Below, piece after piece: positions 21,165-30,454 of a DNA stretch of 64,000 bases. Made by a program: the position numbers and the translations under genes. Origin of the DNA: Candidatus Latescibacterota bacterium (GTDB taxonomy: Bacteria; Latescibacterota; UBA2968; GCA-2709665); assembly GCA_965116875.1 (NCBI GenBank), contig OZ220733.1, positions 4,128,001 to 4,192,000 on the forward strand, in the 5' to 3' direction. Position 1 is the stretch's first letter. Every line of letters begins with the position of its first letter. The notes beneath the pieces are model-generated. The model was not told where the DNA came from. It saw only the letters and a program-made list of their open reading frames with translations, and searched no databases.

Positions 21165-22625
21165 TTATGCTTGCGAGGAGGTGACTTGCTCTCCCCAGCC
21201 ACCCCTGAAGGTGACTTCCAGCACCGTACTCGTACGATGCGTAACGGCCGCGAACCGGGCCGTACGCAAGCCGACCACCCAGAGGATGGCCTGCCCCCCC
21301 AGAAGCAGCGGGACTTCATCGCGCAGCGGTCTGGGGATCTTGAGGTTGATCAACAGGTCGCTTACCTTTTGTGTTCCGGACATTCCCAACGGCGCGAAAC
21401 GATCGGCACGCAGCCGGTTTCTGAGCGTCAGGCAGCCGCCGATCGCATCCAGATCGAAACAGGCGCGAAATGGATCGGACGACAGTTCGTCCTTTTGCAC
21501 GTCGCCGGCCGGCCTGAGCTTCGTCTCGACAGACGCACCGATTTCCGGAATCTCGGTGACGCCCGGAACGGCCACGTCGGTCTCGAACGCCGGCGTTGGG
21601 CGACTCAGGATCAGCCATGGACTCGAAAGATGAACGGAAATATCGGCAGACACCTGAACCGAACCGGCAGGCGCCAGACGCAGGCCTTCCATCCGGCCGA
21701 CGCCCTTCTCATCGAGGTCTCGGGCGCCGCCTCGAAGCTGAAAAAATGCGGTTCTGAACAACCTGCGCTGAAGTGCTATATGATAACCGAAAACGGCGTT
21801 TTCATCAAGGATTATTTTTCGTTTGCCCTCGTAACGCAGGGCCTTGCGGTATGCGGATTCAGCCTGCTGGCCAAGCAGTTGATCCTCACCCTGGATGATC
21901 TCCGCGGACCTTGCAAGGACCGCCTCGATCGAGGGGTTGTAATCCGATGCGATCTCCGGCAGAAGACGATGCCGGATCCGGTTCCGGAGGAAGCGGGTGT
22001 CCCTGTTGGAATCGTCGTGACGCACGTGCAGGTTCCGATGTGTAACGTATTCCTGTATCTGTTGCCGGGAGATCCCGAGGAGCGGGCGGATCCAGATCCC
22101 GTCGCGGACCGGTCTGATTCCGCCGAGCCCGGTCGTACCGGCGCCGCGAATCAGCCGCATCAGTACGGTTTCGGCCTGATCGCTGCGTGAATGACCCAGC
22201 GCGACGCGGGAAGCGCCGGTGTTTCGCAGGACGCGTTCGAAGAAAGCGAGTCGGGCGTCTCGCGCCGCTTCCTCAGGAGAGCCCCCGCCGGGCAGGGTCG
22301 CTCTTTCGGAAAAGCACGGAAGATCCATCGATGCGGCGAGATCCGATACGAACTGCTGGTCCTCATCCGAAGCCAAACCCCGCAGTTGATGGTTGAGGTG
22401 GGCAACGAAGAGCCGGAGGTCGAGGGAAATGCGAAGCCGTGACAGCAGATCCAGCAGTGAGACCGAGTCCGGCCCTCCGGATACGCCGATGACAATCCCA
22501 TCGCCCGGCCGGATCATGCCGTGCCTGTCAATATACGACTTCACGGCAGGAAACAGGTCGGATGTCGGGGAACTGGCGCCGGAACCCGGTTTCATGAGTG
22601 GATTATCCGTTCTTGCCGAGACCAT
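21165..22625 (-). CDS. tilS: tRNA(Ile)-lysidine synthase
   Basis: VSGGPDS PP-loop, [26 protein letters not shown]. Confidence 0.95.
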   Translation of the reverse strand: MVSARTDNPLMKPGSGASSPTSDLFPAVKSYIDRHGMIRPGDGIVIGVSGGPDSVSLLDLLSRLRISLDLRLFVAHLNHQLRGLASDEDQQFVSDLAASMDLPCFSERATLPGGGSPEEAARDARLAFFERVLRNTGASRVALGHSRSDQAETVLMRLIRGAGTTGLGGIRPVRDGIWIRPLLGISRQQIQEYVTHRNLHVRHDDSNRDTRFLRNRIRHRLLPEIASDYNPSIEAVLARSAEIIQGEDQLLGQQAESAYRKALRYEGKRKIILDENAVFGYHIALQRRLFRTAFFQLRGGARDLDEKGVGRMEGLRLAPAGSVQVSADISVHLSSPWLILSRPTPAFETDVAVPGVTEIPEIGASVETKLRPAGDVQKDELSSDPFRACFDLDAIGGCLTLRNRLRADRFAPLGMSGTQKVSDLLINLKIPRPLRDEVPLLLGGQAILWVVGLRTARFAAVTHRTSTVLEVTFRGGWGEQVTSSQA

Positions 22626-22938
22626 CAGGATTGTCCTGTTTCACTTTGACGGAGACTTCACTGGCGGTGACCGCTGTCCGCCTCTCTGAAGAGGCGACCG
22701 GTCTTTCGGATTTCCCGCGGCTGGATGCTGAAGGCGTAGCGCGCAGCGATTGGCGCCTTCGGCTGTGTGGCGATTTTCATGTCGGACGATGTCTCACGGT
22801 CGGGCTGGCTATTCGACGCTTGAGTATCCGGTTCGGTTTCTGAAAACCGGCTTCATCTGATCGAATTAAACACCTGATTATCAATTATATAGCCCGTTGG
22901 GACAGAAAACAGTCCAAGCGCGGCGTCCAGGCAGCATA

Positions 22939-22972
22939 AGAAAAAACACGCCGGTAGCAGCGTGTTTTTTCT
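22939..22972 (-). terminator. Intrinsic terminator after the redoxin operon
   Basis: agaaaaaacacgc-loop-gcgtgttttttct hairpin with a U-tract on both strands. Confidence 0.8.
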
Positions 22973-22995
22973 GTTCCGATTTACCCTGCCTGAAC

Positions 22996-23973
22996 TTATG
23001 GCACGCTCTTGCCGAAGTTCTTGGCGAATTCAAGAAAATCCGTGAAGTCGACCAGGCCGTTTCCATCCAGGTCGAAGGTCGGGTTGTCGGTGCTGAAGGC
23101 CTGGGCGAAGGCGACGAAGTCGCTGAATCCGATTTGTCCGTCATGGTCGAAGTCGGCCCGGGGATTGAGGGGTACAACGATGACCGCTCCGGAAACAGCG
23201 AGCGTGATGCTTCTGTTTTCCGGATCGTCGCTCAGGATTGTCAGGTTGCCGGAGAAGGGTCCGGATTCCGCCGGAGTGAATGTGATCGCCACTCTCGCGC
23301 TGTCTCCTGCCGCGACCGTTACCTCGGTCGTGTTAATAGAGATTTCCTCGAGATCGGATTGAATGTTGCTGATCGTGAGCGATTCTCCTCCGGTATTGTA
23401 CACGACCAGGGTGAGCGTTTTGGATACTCCGGCTGAAACGTCCTCGCCAAAGTCGAGTGAAGGTTTCGAAAGATCGATCGCCGGCGGCGGAACGCTCAGC
23501 AGTTCCCGGATACGCGCGGCCGTTGCGGTGATTGACGCAGGTTTTCGTATCCCGATGTGACGGATAATGCCCTTGCGGTCCACGACAAGCGTATGGTCAA
23601 CGCCGAGAGTTCTCGGAAACGCGCGGCCGGCCCGGAGGAGAAGCGGGAACGTGACACCGGTGACTCTTTGAAAGTCCCGCAGTTCCGATTTGCTGCCATT
23701 GTAGACGTCGAGTCCCAGAACCGTCAGGCTGTCATCCTGGAACGCCCTCCAAATCTGTCTTTCTATAGACGGACCCGTCTGTCTGCACAGGTCTCAGTTA
23801 TGGCCCAGGTAGTAGAGCACGAAGACGCGCCCCATGTAATCTGCGGGCGTGTAGGTCTTGTCATCCAACCCCGTGAGCGAGAAGGTCGGTACTGTGTCGC
23901 CGACCTTCTGAGCCCGTGCAGACGCAGGCGCGAAGAGTCCCAGAATCACTGCGGCAATCAAGGGTCGGTACAT
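22996..23973 (-). CDS. Putative selenoprotein B: exported redoxin (UDLC) + Ig-like domain + dockerin/EF-hand-like tail
   Basis: ATG 23973 with RBS gagg; signal peptide MYRPLIAAVILGLFAPASARA; VLYYLGHN-TGA(23794-23796)-DLCRQTGP, then open in frame to TAA 22996; 325 aa with Sec. Confidence 0.85.
23767..23793 (-). promoter_or_regulatory. Candidate bacterial SECIS, gene B
   Basis: AGACAGA-CGGG-UCCGUCU hairpin (one A.C mismatch), loop at +17 from UGA. Confidence 0.5.
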
Positions 23974-24027
23974 GGGATACCTCTTTCAGGAAGGGAAAGT
24001 CCTGCGGGTGTATACGCCCGGGGAAAC

Positions 24028-25011
24028 TCATGGCACGCTCTTGCCGAAGTTCTTGGCGAATTCGAGGAAGTCCGGGAAGTCGACTACGCCGTTCCCATTC
24101 AGGTCGAAGGTCGGGTTGTCGGTGCTGAAGGCCTGGGCGAAGGCGACGAAGTCGCTGAATCCGATTTGTCCGTCATTGTCGAAGTCCGCCCGGGGATTGA
24201 CCGGGACTACGATGGCGGTTCCGGAAATCGCGACGGTAACGGTGCCCTTCTCCGGGTCGTCGCTGGAAATGGTAATCGTCCCGGAAAACGGACCGCCCTC
24301 CGTGGGCGTAAAGGTGATGTCGACGGTAGCGCTGTCGCCCGGTGCGACCGTAAGTTCCGTCATGCTGAACGTGACGCCCTCCAGGTCGGACTCCAGGTTC
24401 GTAATGCTGAGGTCCTCCCCTCCCGTATTCTTCACGACGAGGGTTACGGTCCTGGTTTCGCCGGCCGGAACGTCCTGGCCGAAGTCGAGCGAAGTACCTG
24501 GAACATCGATTGCCGGCGGCTGAACGGTCAGCAATTCCCGGACGCTCGCCGCCGCTGCGCTGAGACCGGAAGCGCCGCGCCCGATGTGACGGACAATCCC
24601 TTCGCGGTCCGCGACCAGCAGAGTGTGGGTCCCGTGAGATCCCCTGATATTGCCTGCCTGAAGCAGGAGGGGAAACGAGATCGTGGACACGGACTGAAAA
24701 TTCCTGAGCTGAGCCTGACTGCCATTGTAGATGTCAAGTCCCAGGACCGCAAAGCCGTCATCATCCTGGAACGCCTTCCAGATCTGTTGTTCTATGGACG
24801 GACCCGCCGCCCGGCAGGTCGGTCAGTTATGGCCCAGGTAGTAAAGAGCCAGAACACTTCCCTCATAATTCGCGGAGGCATAGGTTTTGCCGTCCAGCCC
24901 CGTAAGCGAAAACGTTGGTACCGCGTCACCGACGTTCTGGGCTTCCGCGGGCCCGCCCGGGCAAAACCCCAGGACCAGCAGGAACACGACGCAGGCAGCG
25001 ATTCGACCCAT
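24028..25011 (-). CDS. Putative selenoprotein A: exported redoxin (UPTC) + Ig-like domain + dockerin/EF-hand-like tail
   Basis: AGGAGG RBS; signal peptide; LYYLGHN-TGA(24823-24825)-PTCRAAGPSIEQQIWKAFQ joins the 24028..24690 ORF in frame; 327 aa with Sec. Confidence 0.85.
24796..24822 (-). promoter_or_regulatory. Candidate bacterial SECIS, gene A
   Basis: GGGCGG-CGGGU-CCGUCC hairpin, loop at +17 from UGA. Confidence 0.5.
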
Positions 25012-25045
25012 TGCAATCCTCCTTTGAGATGGTGTGTGGTCTGCG

Positions 25046-26629
25046 TCAGAAATAGGTCTTCAGACGCATTTCAAGGCCATTGAACGGCAACACGAGATAG
25101 CATGTCCCGGATGTGCACGCGGCGCCGCCTCGCCTGCGGCCGGCGAATACGAAGGCTTCGTATCGATCGAGAAAGGCGACGTTCAGGTTGACCGACAGCC
25201 AGGAACGAGCCCCGGTCTCGACCCGGTCCGGCGTTGCGCCGTCATCCACTTCGAATGGATCGTTGGTGCGATCCAGTATGACTGCGGCGCCCACACCCGA
25301 GGGATGCTGGAAGGAAAACTGGGTAAAGACGTCCTGGAACACCGGCTGGTTTCGGGGCTGCCTGGCCGCGCGCCGGACCTGCAGATCGAAACCCAGGACA
25401 GACCCTCCGGGTGTAATGGATTCGACCCCCACACCGCCGATCCGGTGCATTCCGATTCCCTTCAGTTCGTCTTTTCCCCAATCAAAAAAGACGGTAGACG
25501 TCAAGCTGTGCCCGCCGGGCTGCCGAGGCAGTTCAACGTCCACGCCCAGATACCGCTCGTTGAACGTCGTTGAAAAGCCGGGCGCCAGTTCGTTCTCTCC
25601 CTTGCTGACGTTTGCCGTCAGCGTGCCCAGTCCGAAAATCGAATACGTTGCTTCCACCTGGTAGCCCGTTTCAGCATCGGCAATCAGGGCATGCGTGGAC
25701 CGGTTGAGCAGGACGGCCGCGTGTTCGCGGACCAGGGACGGGGGATCGTTGAAGCTGTAGGCGAATTTCTCATAGTCCTTGTATTCCAGGCTCAATCCCA
25801 GATTGGAAATGCCGGCGTTGGCCGAAAGATACAGAGCGCTGCCGTCCACGTGCGCGTCAATCAGCCCGGCGTATTCGGCGTAGACGGTCGCATAGCCGTC
25901 CGGAAAGCCCGATGCTTCAATTGCGGGCGTGACGTCGAATTCCAGAAAACCCGACCACGTTCGCGTGGAGTCAATCCTGGCGGCGTGATGGCTTACGGCC
26001 GTGACGCCGGCCTTGATCCGGCTCGTCGGTCGCAGCGAGACTTCCCCTCCGAGAAGCCAGTTTTCACGCCGTGGTACGTCCCGCAGAGGATCACCCACCC
26101 GCACCGCCGGCGGGATGTCGCTTAATACTGGACGGCCGATCAGGGCTTTTGCCTCGGCCCGGGGACCCGCCCAGGTGGCCATGCCGCCCTCGAGGTCTCG
26201 GGACGGCGAATAGCGGCGCCGGTATTGTCCGCTCTCCAGAACGACGCCAGGCAGATCGAAGGCCCTGAGCGTGATGCCGCGACCCAGGATGGCGTAGTAG
26301 TTGCCCGCAACCAGCTCGACCGGTCCCTGCGACCAGCGCAGGTGCTTCTGGGAAACATGCACGACCTGGTATTCAACCTGCGACAGCGGCGAGCCGGGAG
26401 CGGTGTTGCGCCATGCATTGAAAATCTCTGCCCGTAGTCCGGCCTGAAGACCGTGCCGCGTGTAATCGACGTCGAACTGCTCATAAAGTGACGAAACCGC
26501 CAGCGAGTCCGAGCCCGGGACGCGTCCCCGCTGGATTTCGGTCAGGCTGGATACGGTCACCTGCGCGACGACAGGCTTCGACGTCGCCAGCAGAAGGAGC
26601 ATTATCAGGCTATTGGTCAGCGCTCGCAT
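25046..26629 (-). CDS. DUF6029-like outer-membrane beta-barrel protein
   Basis: Signal peptide, AGNYYAILGRGITLR, EYKDY, NDPP, C-terminal GRRRGGAACTSGTCYLVLPFNGLEMRLKTYF ending in Phe. Confidence 0.75.
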   Translation of the reverse strand: MRALTNSLIMLLLLATSKPVVAQVTVSSLTEIQRGRVPGSDSLAVSSLYEQFDVDYTRHGLQAGLRAEIFNAWRNTAPGSPLSQVEYQVVHVSQKHLRWSQGPVELVAGNYYAILGRGITLRAFDLPGVVLESGQYRRRYSPSRDLEGGMATWAGPRAEAKALIGRPVLSDIPPAVRVGDPLRDVPRRENWLLGGEVSLRPTSRIKAGVTAVSHHAARIDSTRTWSGFLEFDVTPAIEASGFPDGYATVYAEYAGLIDAHVDGSALYLSANAGISNLGLSLEYKDYEKFAYSFNDPPSLVREHAAVLLNRSTHALIADAETGYQVEATYSIFGLGTLTANVSKGENELAPGFSTTFNERYLGVDVELPRQPGGHSLTSTVFFDWGKDELKGIGMHRIGGVGVESITPGGSVLGFDLQVRRAARQPRNQPVFQDVFTQFSFQHPSGVGAAVILDRTNDPFEVDDGATPDRVETGARSWLSVNLNVAFLDRYEAFVFAGRRRGGAACTSGTCYLVLPFNGLEMRLKTYF

Positions 26630-27149
26630 CGGCGTTCGCCCCGTCGTCGGCGCCGGGTTCGGGAAACAGCGCCTCGACTGCCGTCAGCAACACTTGGGCG
26701 TTTTTCGAATGATATCCGACCTGCCGCAGCGCAATCTCTCCGTCCGGGGTGATCAGGAGCGTCGTCGGCAGGACGTTCACCTGCATTCGCCGCATGACCG
26801 CGCTGTCAGAGTCGAGGACGATCGGGAAGTTGACCTTTCTCGCCCGCAGAAAGGGTTTCACACGGTTCTGCCCACGCGGCCCGTCCACGTTTACGCCAAG
26901 TACGGTAAGCCCTGATTTGCCGTACTTCTCGTGAATCTTCTGGAGCTTGGGCATCGCCTTGACGCAAGGCTTGCAGTAGGTCGCCCAGAAATCCAGAAGT
27001 ACCGGACCCTTTGTCAGCAGGTTTTTGAGGTTGACGCGTTCGCCCTGCAGGTCCCGGAGGTTGAAGTCGGGGGCCGAGGCGGCGTTCAGCGTCGCTGCGC
27101 CCAGGGAAATTGAGGCGGCGATGGTCAGGGTATGAACGATCGTCTTCAT
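26610..27149 (-). CDS. TlpA-family thiol-disulfide oxidoreductase, exported
   Basis: Signal peptide, APDFNL, DFWATYCKPC, VLPTTLLI. Confidence 0.92.
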   Translation of the reverse strand: MKTIVHTLTIAASISLGAATLNAASAPDFNLRDLQGERVNLKNLLTKGPVLLDFWATYCKPCVKAMPKLQKIHEKYGKSGLTVLGVNVDGPRGQNRVKPFLRARKVNFPIVLDSDSAVMRRMQVNVLPTTLLITPDGEIALRQVGYHSKNAQVLLTAVEALFPEPGADDGANADASADQ

Positions 27150-27600
27150 TCCCGCAGTTTCTCCTGTTTGCCTTGTCGATCGGCGTGTGTCGCCCTTTAA
27201 TTGAAATACGCCTGAAGGTTTCTCATGGTTCCGGACCGGAGTTCGCCAGCAAAATCCGCGCCGAACGGATTGCGGATCAATAAACGATAACCGAAAAATC
27301 TCGCTTCATCAAGGGCTTTTTTGCGTTGTTTCCGTGATGCCCTCAACGTGTCAGTGCGGACTGATGTCTGAAGAAGGGGACGGAGAAACAGCGGGCTTGT
27401 TGCCGAAAGGCGGTTTCCGCTTGCTGCGCGTCTCCGGTCGATCTATATTTGGGGTCGATATTTTCTCTCTTTGTCGCGGGCGACCGGTTCAATATGTCGC
27501 CCGGGTTCCGCAAGGTCCGCTGTGATGGTCTCAGCAGCGTGGCCGTTCGCAAGGCCGCCTGTTTTACGGACGGTCGTTGAATTTTACCGGAAGGGTCGCC

Positions 27601-28653
27601 ATGGTACACATCGGCATCATCGGTATCGGATTTATGGGAATGACCCACTATCGGGGCGCCCGCGGGGTGAAGGGCGGGAAGGTGGCGGCCATCTGCACGC
27701 GGGACGAAAAGAAACTGAGCGGGGATTGGCGGGGTATTCACGGAAACTTCGGGGAGCCCGGTGGTATCGAGGATCTGGCCGGTATCCGGACATACCGGAA
27801 GATCGACGATCTGCTGGCCGATCCCGGAGTCGATCTCGTGAACGTCTGCCTTCCTTCGGCGATGCACAAAGACGTGACAATCGCGGCGTTGCGTGCCGGT
27901 AAGCACGTATTGCTCGAGAAGCCCATCGCACTGAATCCGAAGGACGCCGACCGGATGGTTCAGGAGGCGGCAACTGCCGGACGCTCGCTGATGGTTGCGC
28001 AGGTACTTCCATTCTTTCCGGAGTTCGCCTTTGCCCGGAAGGTCGTCGCGGACGGCGAGTACGGAGCGCTGCTGGGCGCGCATTTCAAGCGTATCATCTC
28101 GCAGCCCGACTGGTCATCGGAATTCAGCGACGTCGAGCGGAGCGGGGGGCCGGGTATTGACCTGCACATCCACGATACCCATTACATTCTGCTGCTTTGC
28201 GGGGTGCCGGACCGCGTATCGTCCACCGGACGGTTGGTGAACGAACGACACGCGGAGTATTTGTGTACGAGCTACAGGTATCTGGACAGGCCGGACGTAA
28301 GCATAACCTGCGCTTCGGGTGCGATTTCTCAGCCCGGTCGTGCATTTGCCCACGGTTTCGAAATCTACCTTGAAAAGGCGACGTTGATTTACGAATTCGC
28401 CACGCTGGGCGACAAGCCGGTCCTGTCGACCCCCCTGACGCTGCTCACCGAAGACAGGAAGGTCCGGAATCCCAGACTGGGTTCCGGGGACCCGGTGGTG
28501 GCGTTTACGCGAGAGATTCAGGCCGCCGTGGACGAAGTGGCAAAAGGGATTCCGGCCGAGGCGCTGTCCGGGGTTCGGGCGGCGGACGCACTCAGGCTCT
28601 GCTTCAAGGAAGTCCAGTCCGTGCGTCTCGGCCGTGCGGTGCCGGTAAAATAA
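27601..28653 (+). CDS. Gfo/Idh/MocA-family oxidoreductase
   Basis: IGIIGIGFMG, GKHVLLEKP, GGPGIDLHIHD. Confidence 0.92.
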   Translation: MVHIGIIGIGFMGMTHYRGARGVKGGKVAAICTRDEKKLSGDWRGIHGNFGEPGGIEDLAGIRTYRKIDDLLADPGVDLVNVCLPSAMHKDVTIAALRAGKHVLLEKPIALNPKDADRMVQEAATAGRSLMVAQVLPFFPEFAFARKVVADGEYGALLGAHFKRIISQPDWSSEFSDVERSGGPGIDLHIHDTHYILLLCGVPDRVSSTGRLVNERHAEYLCTSYRYLDRPDVSITCASGAISQPGRAFAHGFEIYLEKATLIYEFATLGDKPVLSTPLTLLTEDRKVRNPRLGSGDPVVAFTREIQAAVDEVAKGIPAEALSGVRAADALRLCFKEVQSVRLGRAVPVK

Positions 28654-28718
28654 CAGAGAGGCGAGGGTAAGGAGGGGAAGACGCCGGATCGCAGAGAGGT
28701 CATCGGTGCAGAACGGAA

Positions 28719-28755
28719 AACGGGCGTGCGGCAAGGTCAAGGCCGCACGCCCGTT
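28719..28755. terminator. Perfect 14-bp stem hairpin between convergent genes
   Basis: aacgggcgtgcggc-aaggtcaag-gccgcacgcccgtt. Confidence 0.55.
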
Positions 28756-28821
28756 CAAACTTGGACCCGCAAGCGTGGATCCCATTGCAATATGCGTGGG
28801 TACGCCGAGGTACCGCCATGG

Positions 28822-30294
28822 TTAATTGCGGAATGCGAAATCGACAGGTTTACCCTGCGCGAACTCGGCTTCGACGTTGCCCAGCCCGAAAAGGGTCGCG
28901 GAAAGATCTCGCGGAGAGAGGGGTTCGGCTAGGGCGAGGCCCGCTGGCAATCCGGGTCCCACGAGCAGCGCACGACCGGCAGCGGCATCCAGTACCGCCA
29001 GGGTCGTGCGATTCCGGTAGCGGTGGTGTTCCTGGACGATTTTCCGGAGTTGCTCGATCGTCCTGCGACTGTCGGGGCCGTCGGTTAGCTGGAGAAGCAT
29101 CAGGTCTGGCTGCGCCCTTGGCAGGCACGCGACAGCCAGAGATGCCAGAAAGCTGTTCCTGAGTTTAAGATTTCTGTCGGACGATACCAGGGTTCTGACG
29201 ATCAGTCGAGAAAGGACTTTGTCCTTAACGGCCTTGGTTATTTTAAGCTTTTTGGGGTCCAGCGTCGGGTACACGACGTTTTCGATGAACGCCTGCGATC
29301 TGCCCTCCGAACGGGCTTCGTCCAGTGCTTGCCGGACCGTTTCCGCCGCTCTGGTCAACAACGAAGCCCGCACGGTCAGTGGTCCGAATTTCCTGTATTT
29401 CCTGTGAGAGCTCCGCTCCGGCGGGGCGCTGTCGTCCATGTAGAGCGCCAGCGTGCGGGTACGGGTCTTGTCCTTAATGGCGCGATTGTGATATTCGAAC
29501 AGCGTCGGATGTGCGAGCTTGTCGCCCTTCAGCGCGTCGTCGCGTCCCGTCAACAGGGTGGCCAGCCATCGTCTTGCCGGATCGGGGGCGGGCGCGGTCT
29601 GCAACAGGGTCCCCTGAGCGAGCAGGCTGTCGTTGAACGTTGAATCGGATGTACCGTATTGGCCCGGCATGATTGCAATCGCCAGAAGCGCGGGGGGAAA
29701 GTCCGTACCTTTATAGACAAACCGATTGAACGCGGCTTCGATTCTTGCTTTCTGTTCGGGCATGATCTGTATTTCCGGACTTCGACGTCTCCGCTGCACG
29801 GGGTCCCCGCGTTGCCCTATTCCCCCTCGCCGGCCAGGACCCTGTCGTCGTCCAATTCCCTGCCGGTCTCCCGCGTCGGTACGTTGCCGGGGCCCCGTTC
29901 GCCGGGCGAAGATGCCTGCGATCGCCTCGCCGAAAGCCTCCCGCAGGTCCCCATCCGACACTTCGCCGGCCCTCGCGAAAAAGAGCCTGAATCGTTCCTT
30001 TTCCCGCGGGAAGAAATCGTCCCAGGCAGCCAGTGAGTTCAGTACATAGGACCTGATGGGCAAGGGGAACCGGTTGAACGTCCCTTCGTTCCCCTTCACG
30101 AGGTCGTAGGCGCCCGAGGGTAGATCGGAGTACCGGTCGTTCCGAATCGGGCTAAGGTCGACGCCCCCGCCTCCGCCTCGTCTCCTTCCGCCTCCCCTCC
30201 CCTGTGCAAGCGCGTCCTCACACGCGAGCGCCAGGACAAGAAATGTCGCCGCGACCGATACGATCCCGTGAGAGGACTTCTGAAAAACCGGCAT
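28822..30294 (-). CDS. Hypothetical exported protein with Gly/Arg-rich low-complexity segments
   Basis: ATG 30294 after ggagg; signal-like ATFLVLALACEDALAQ; C-terminus LLVGPGLPAG..DLSATL resembles alkaline-phosphatase-fold ends. Confidence 0.6.
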   Translation of the reverse strand: MPVFQKSSHGIVSVAATFLVLALACEDALAQGRGGGRRRGGGGGVDLSPIRNDRYSDLPSGAYDLVKGNEGTFNRFPLPIRSYVLNSLAAWDDFFPREKERFRLFFARAGEVSDGDLREAFGEAIAGIFARRTGPRQRTDAGDRQGIGRRQGPGRRGGIGQRGDPVQRRRRSPEIQIMPEQKARIEAAFNRFVYKGTDFPPALLAIAIMPGQYGTSDSTFNDSLLAQGTLLQTAPAPDPARRWLATLLTGRDDALKGDKLAHPTLFEYHNRAIKDKTRTRTLALYMDDSAPPERSSHRKYRKFGPLTVRASLLTRAAETVRQALDEARSEGRSQAFIENVVYPTLDPKKLKITKAVKDKVLSRLIVRTLVSSDRNLKLRNSFLASLAVACLPRAQPDLMLLQLTDGPDSRRTIEQLRKIVQEHHRYRNRTTLAVLDAAAGRALLVGPGLPAGLALAEPLSPRDLSATLFGLGNVEAEFAQGKPVDFAFRN

Positions 30295-30454
30295 ATATCG
30301 CCTCCCTGAGCAATTGTCATCGACTGACGAACCGTTATGGAACCGGCGCGTACGCCGACTCGCGTTTGGGTCTCTGAGCATCGTGCGTTCGTGAACCTCC
30401 CTTCCGGCGCGAAGGAAGTCGAAAACGTCGCGAAAACCGACCTGCAAGGATCGT

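Noticed and set aside
22626-22880. Possible riboswitch or 40-codon ORF (MKIATQPK..) upstream of tilS
   Set aside because: No recognisable riboswitch consensus, RBS or homology; needs an Rfam/Infernal search
23557-25083. 508-aa plus-strand ORF over the redoxin genes
   Set aside because: Antisense shadow with no recognisable motifs; the minus strand encodes two coherent paralogs
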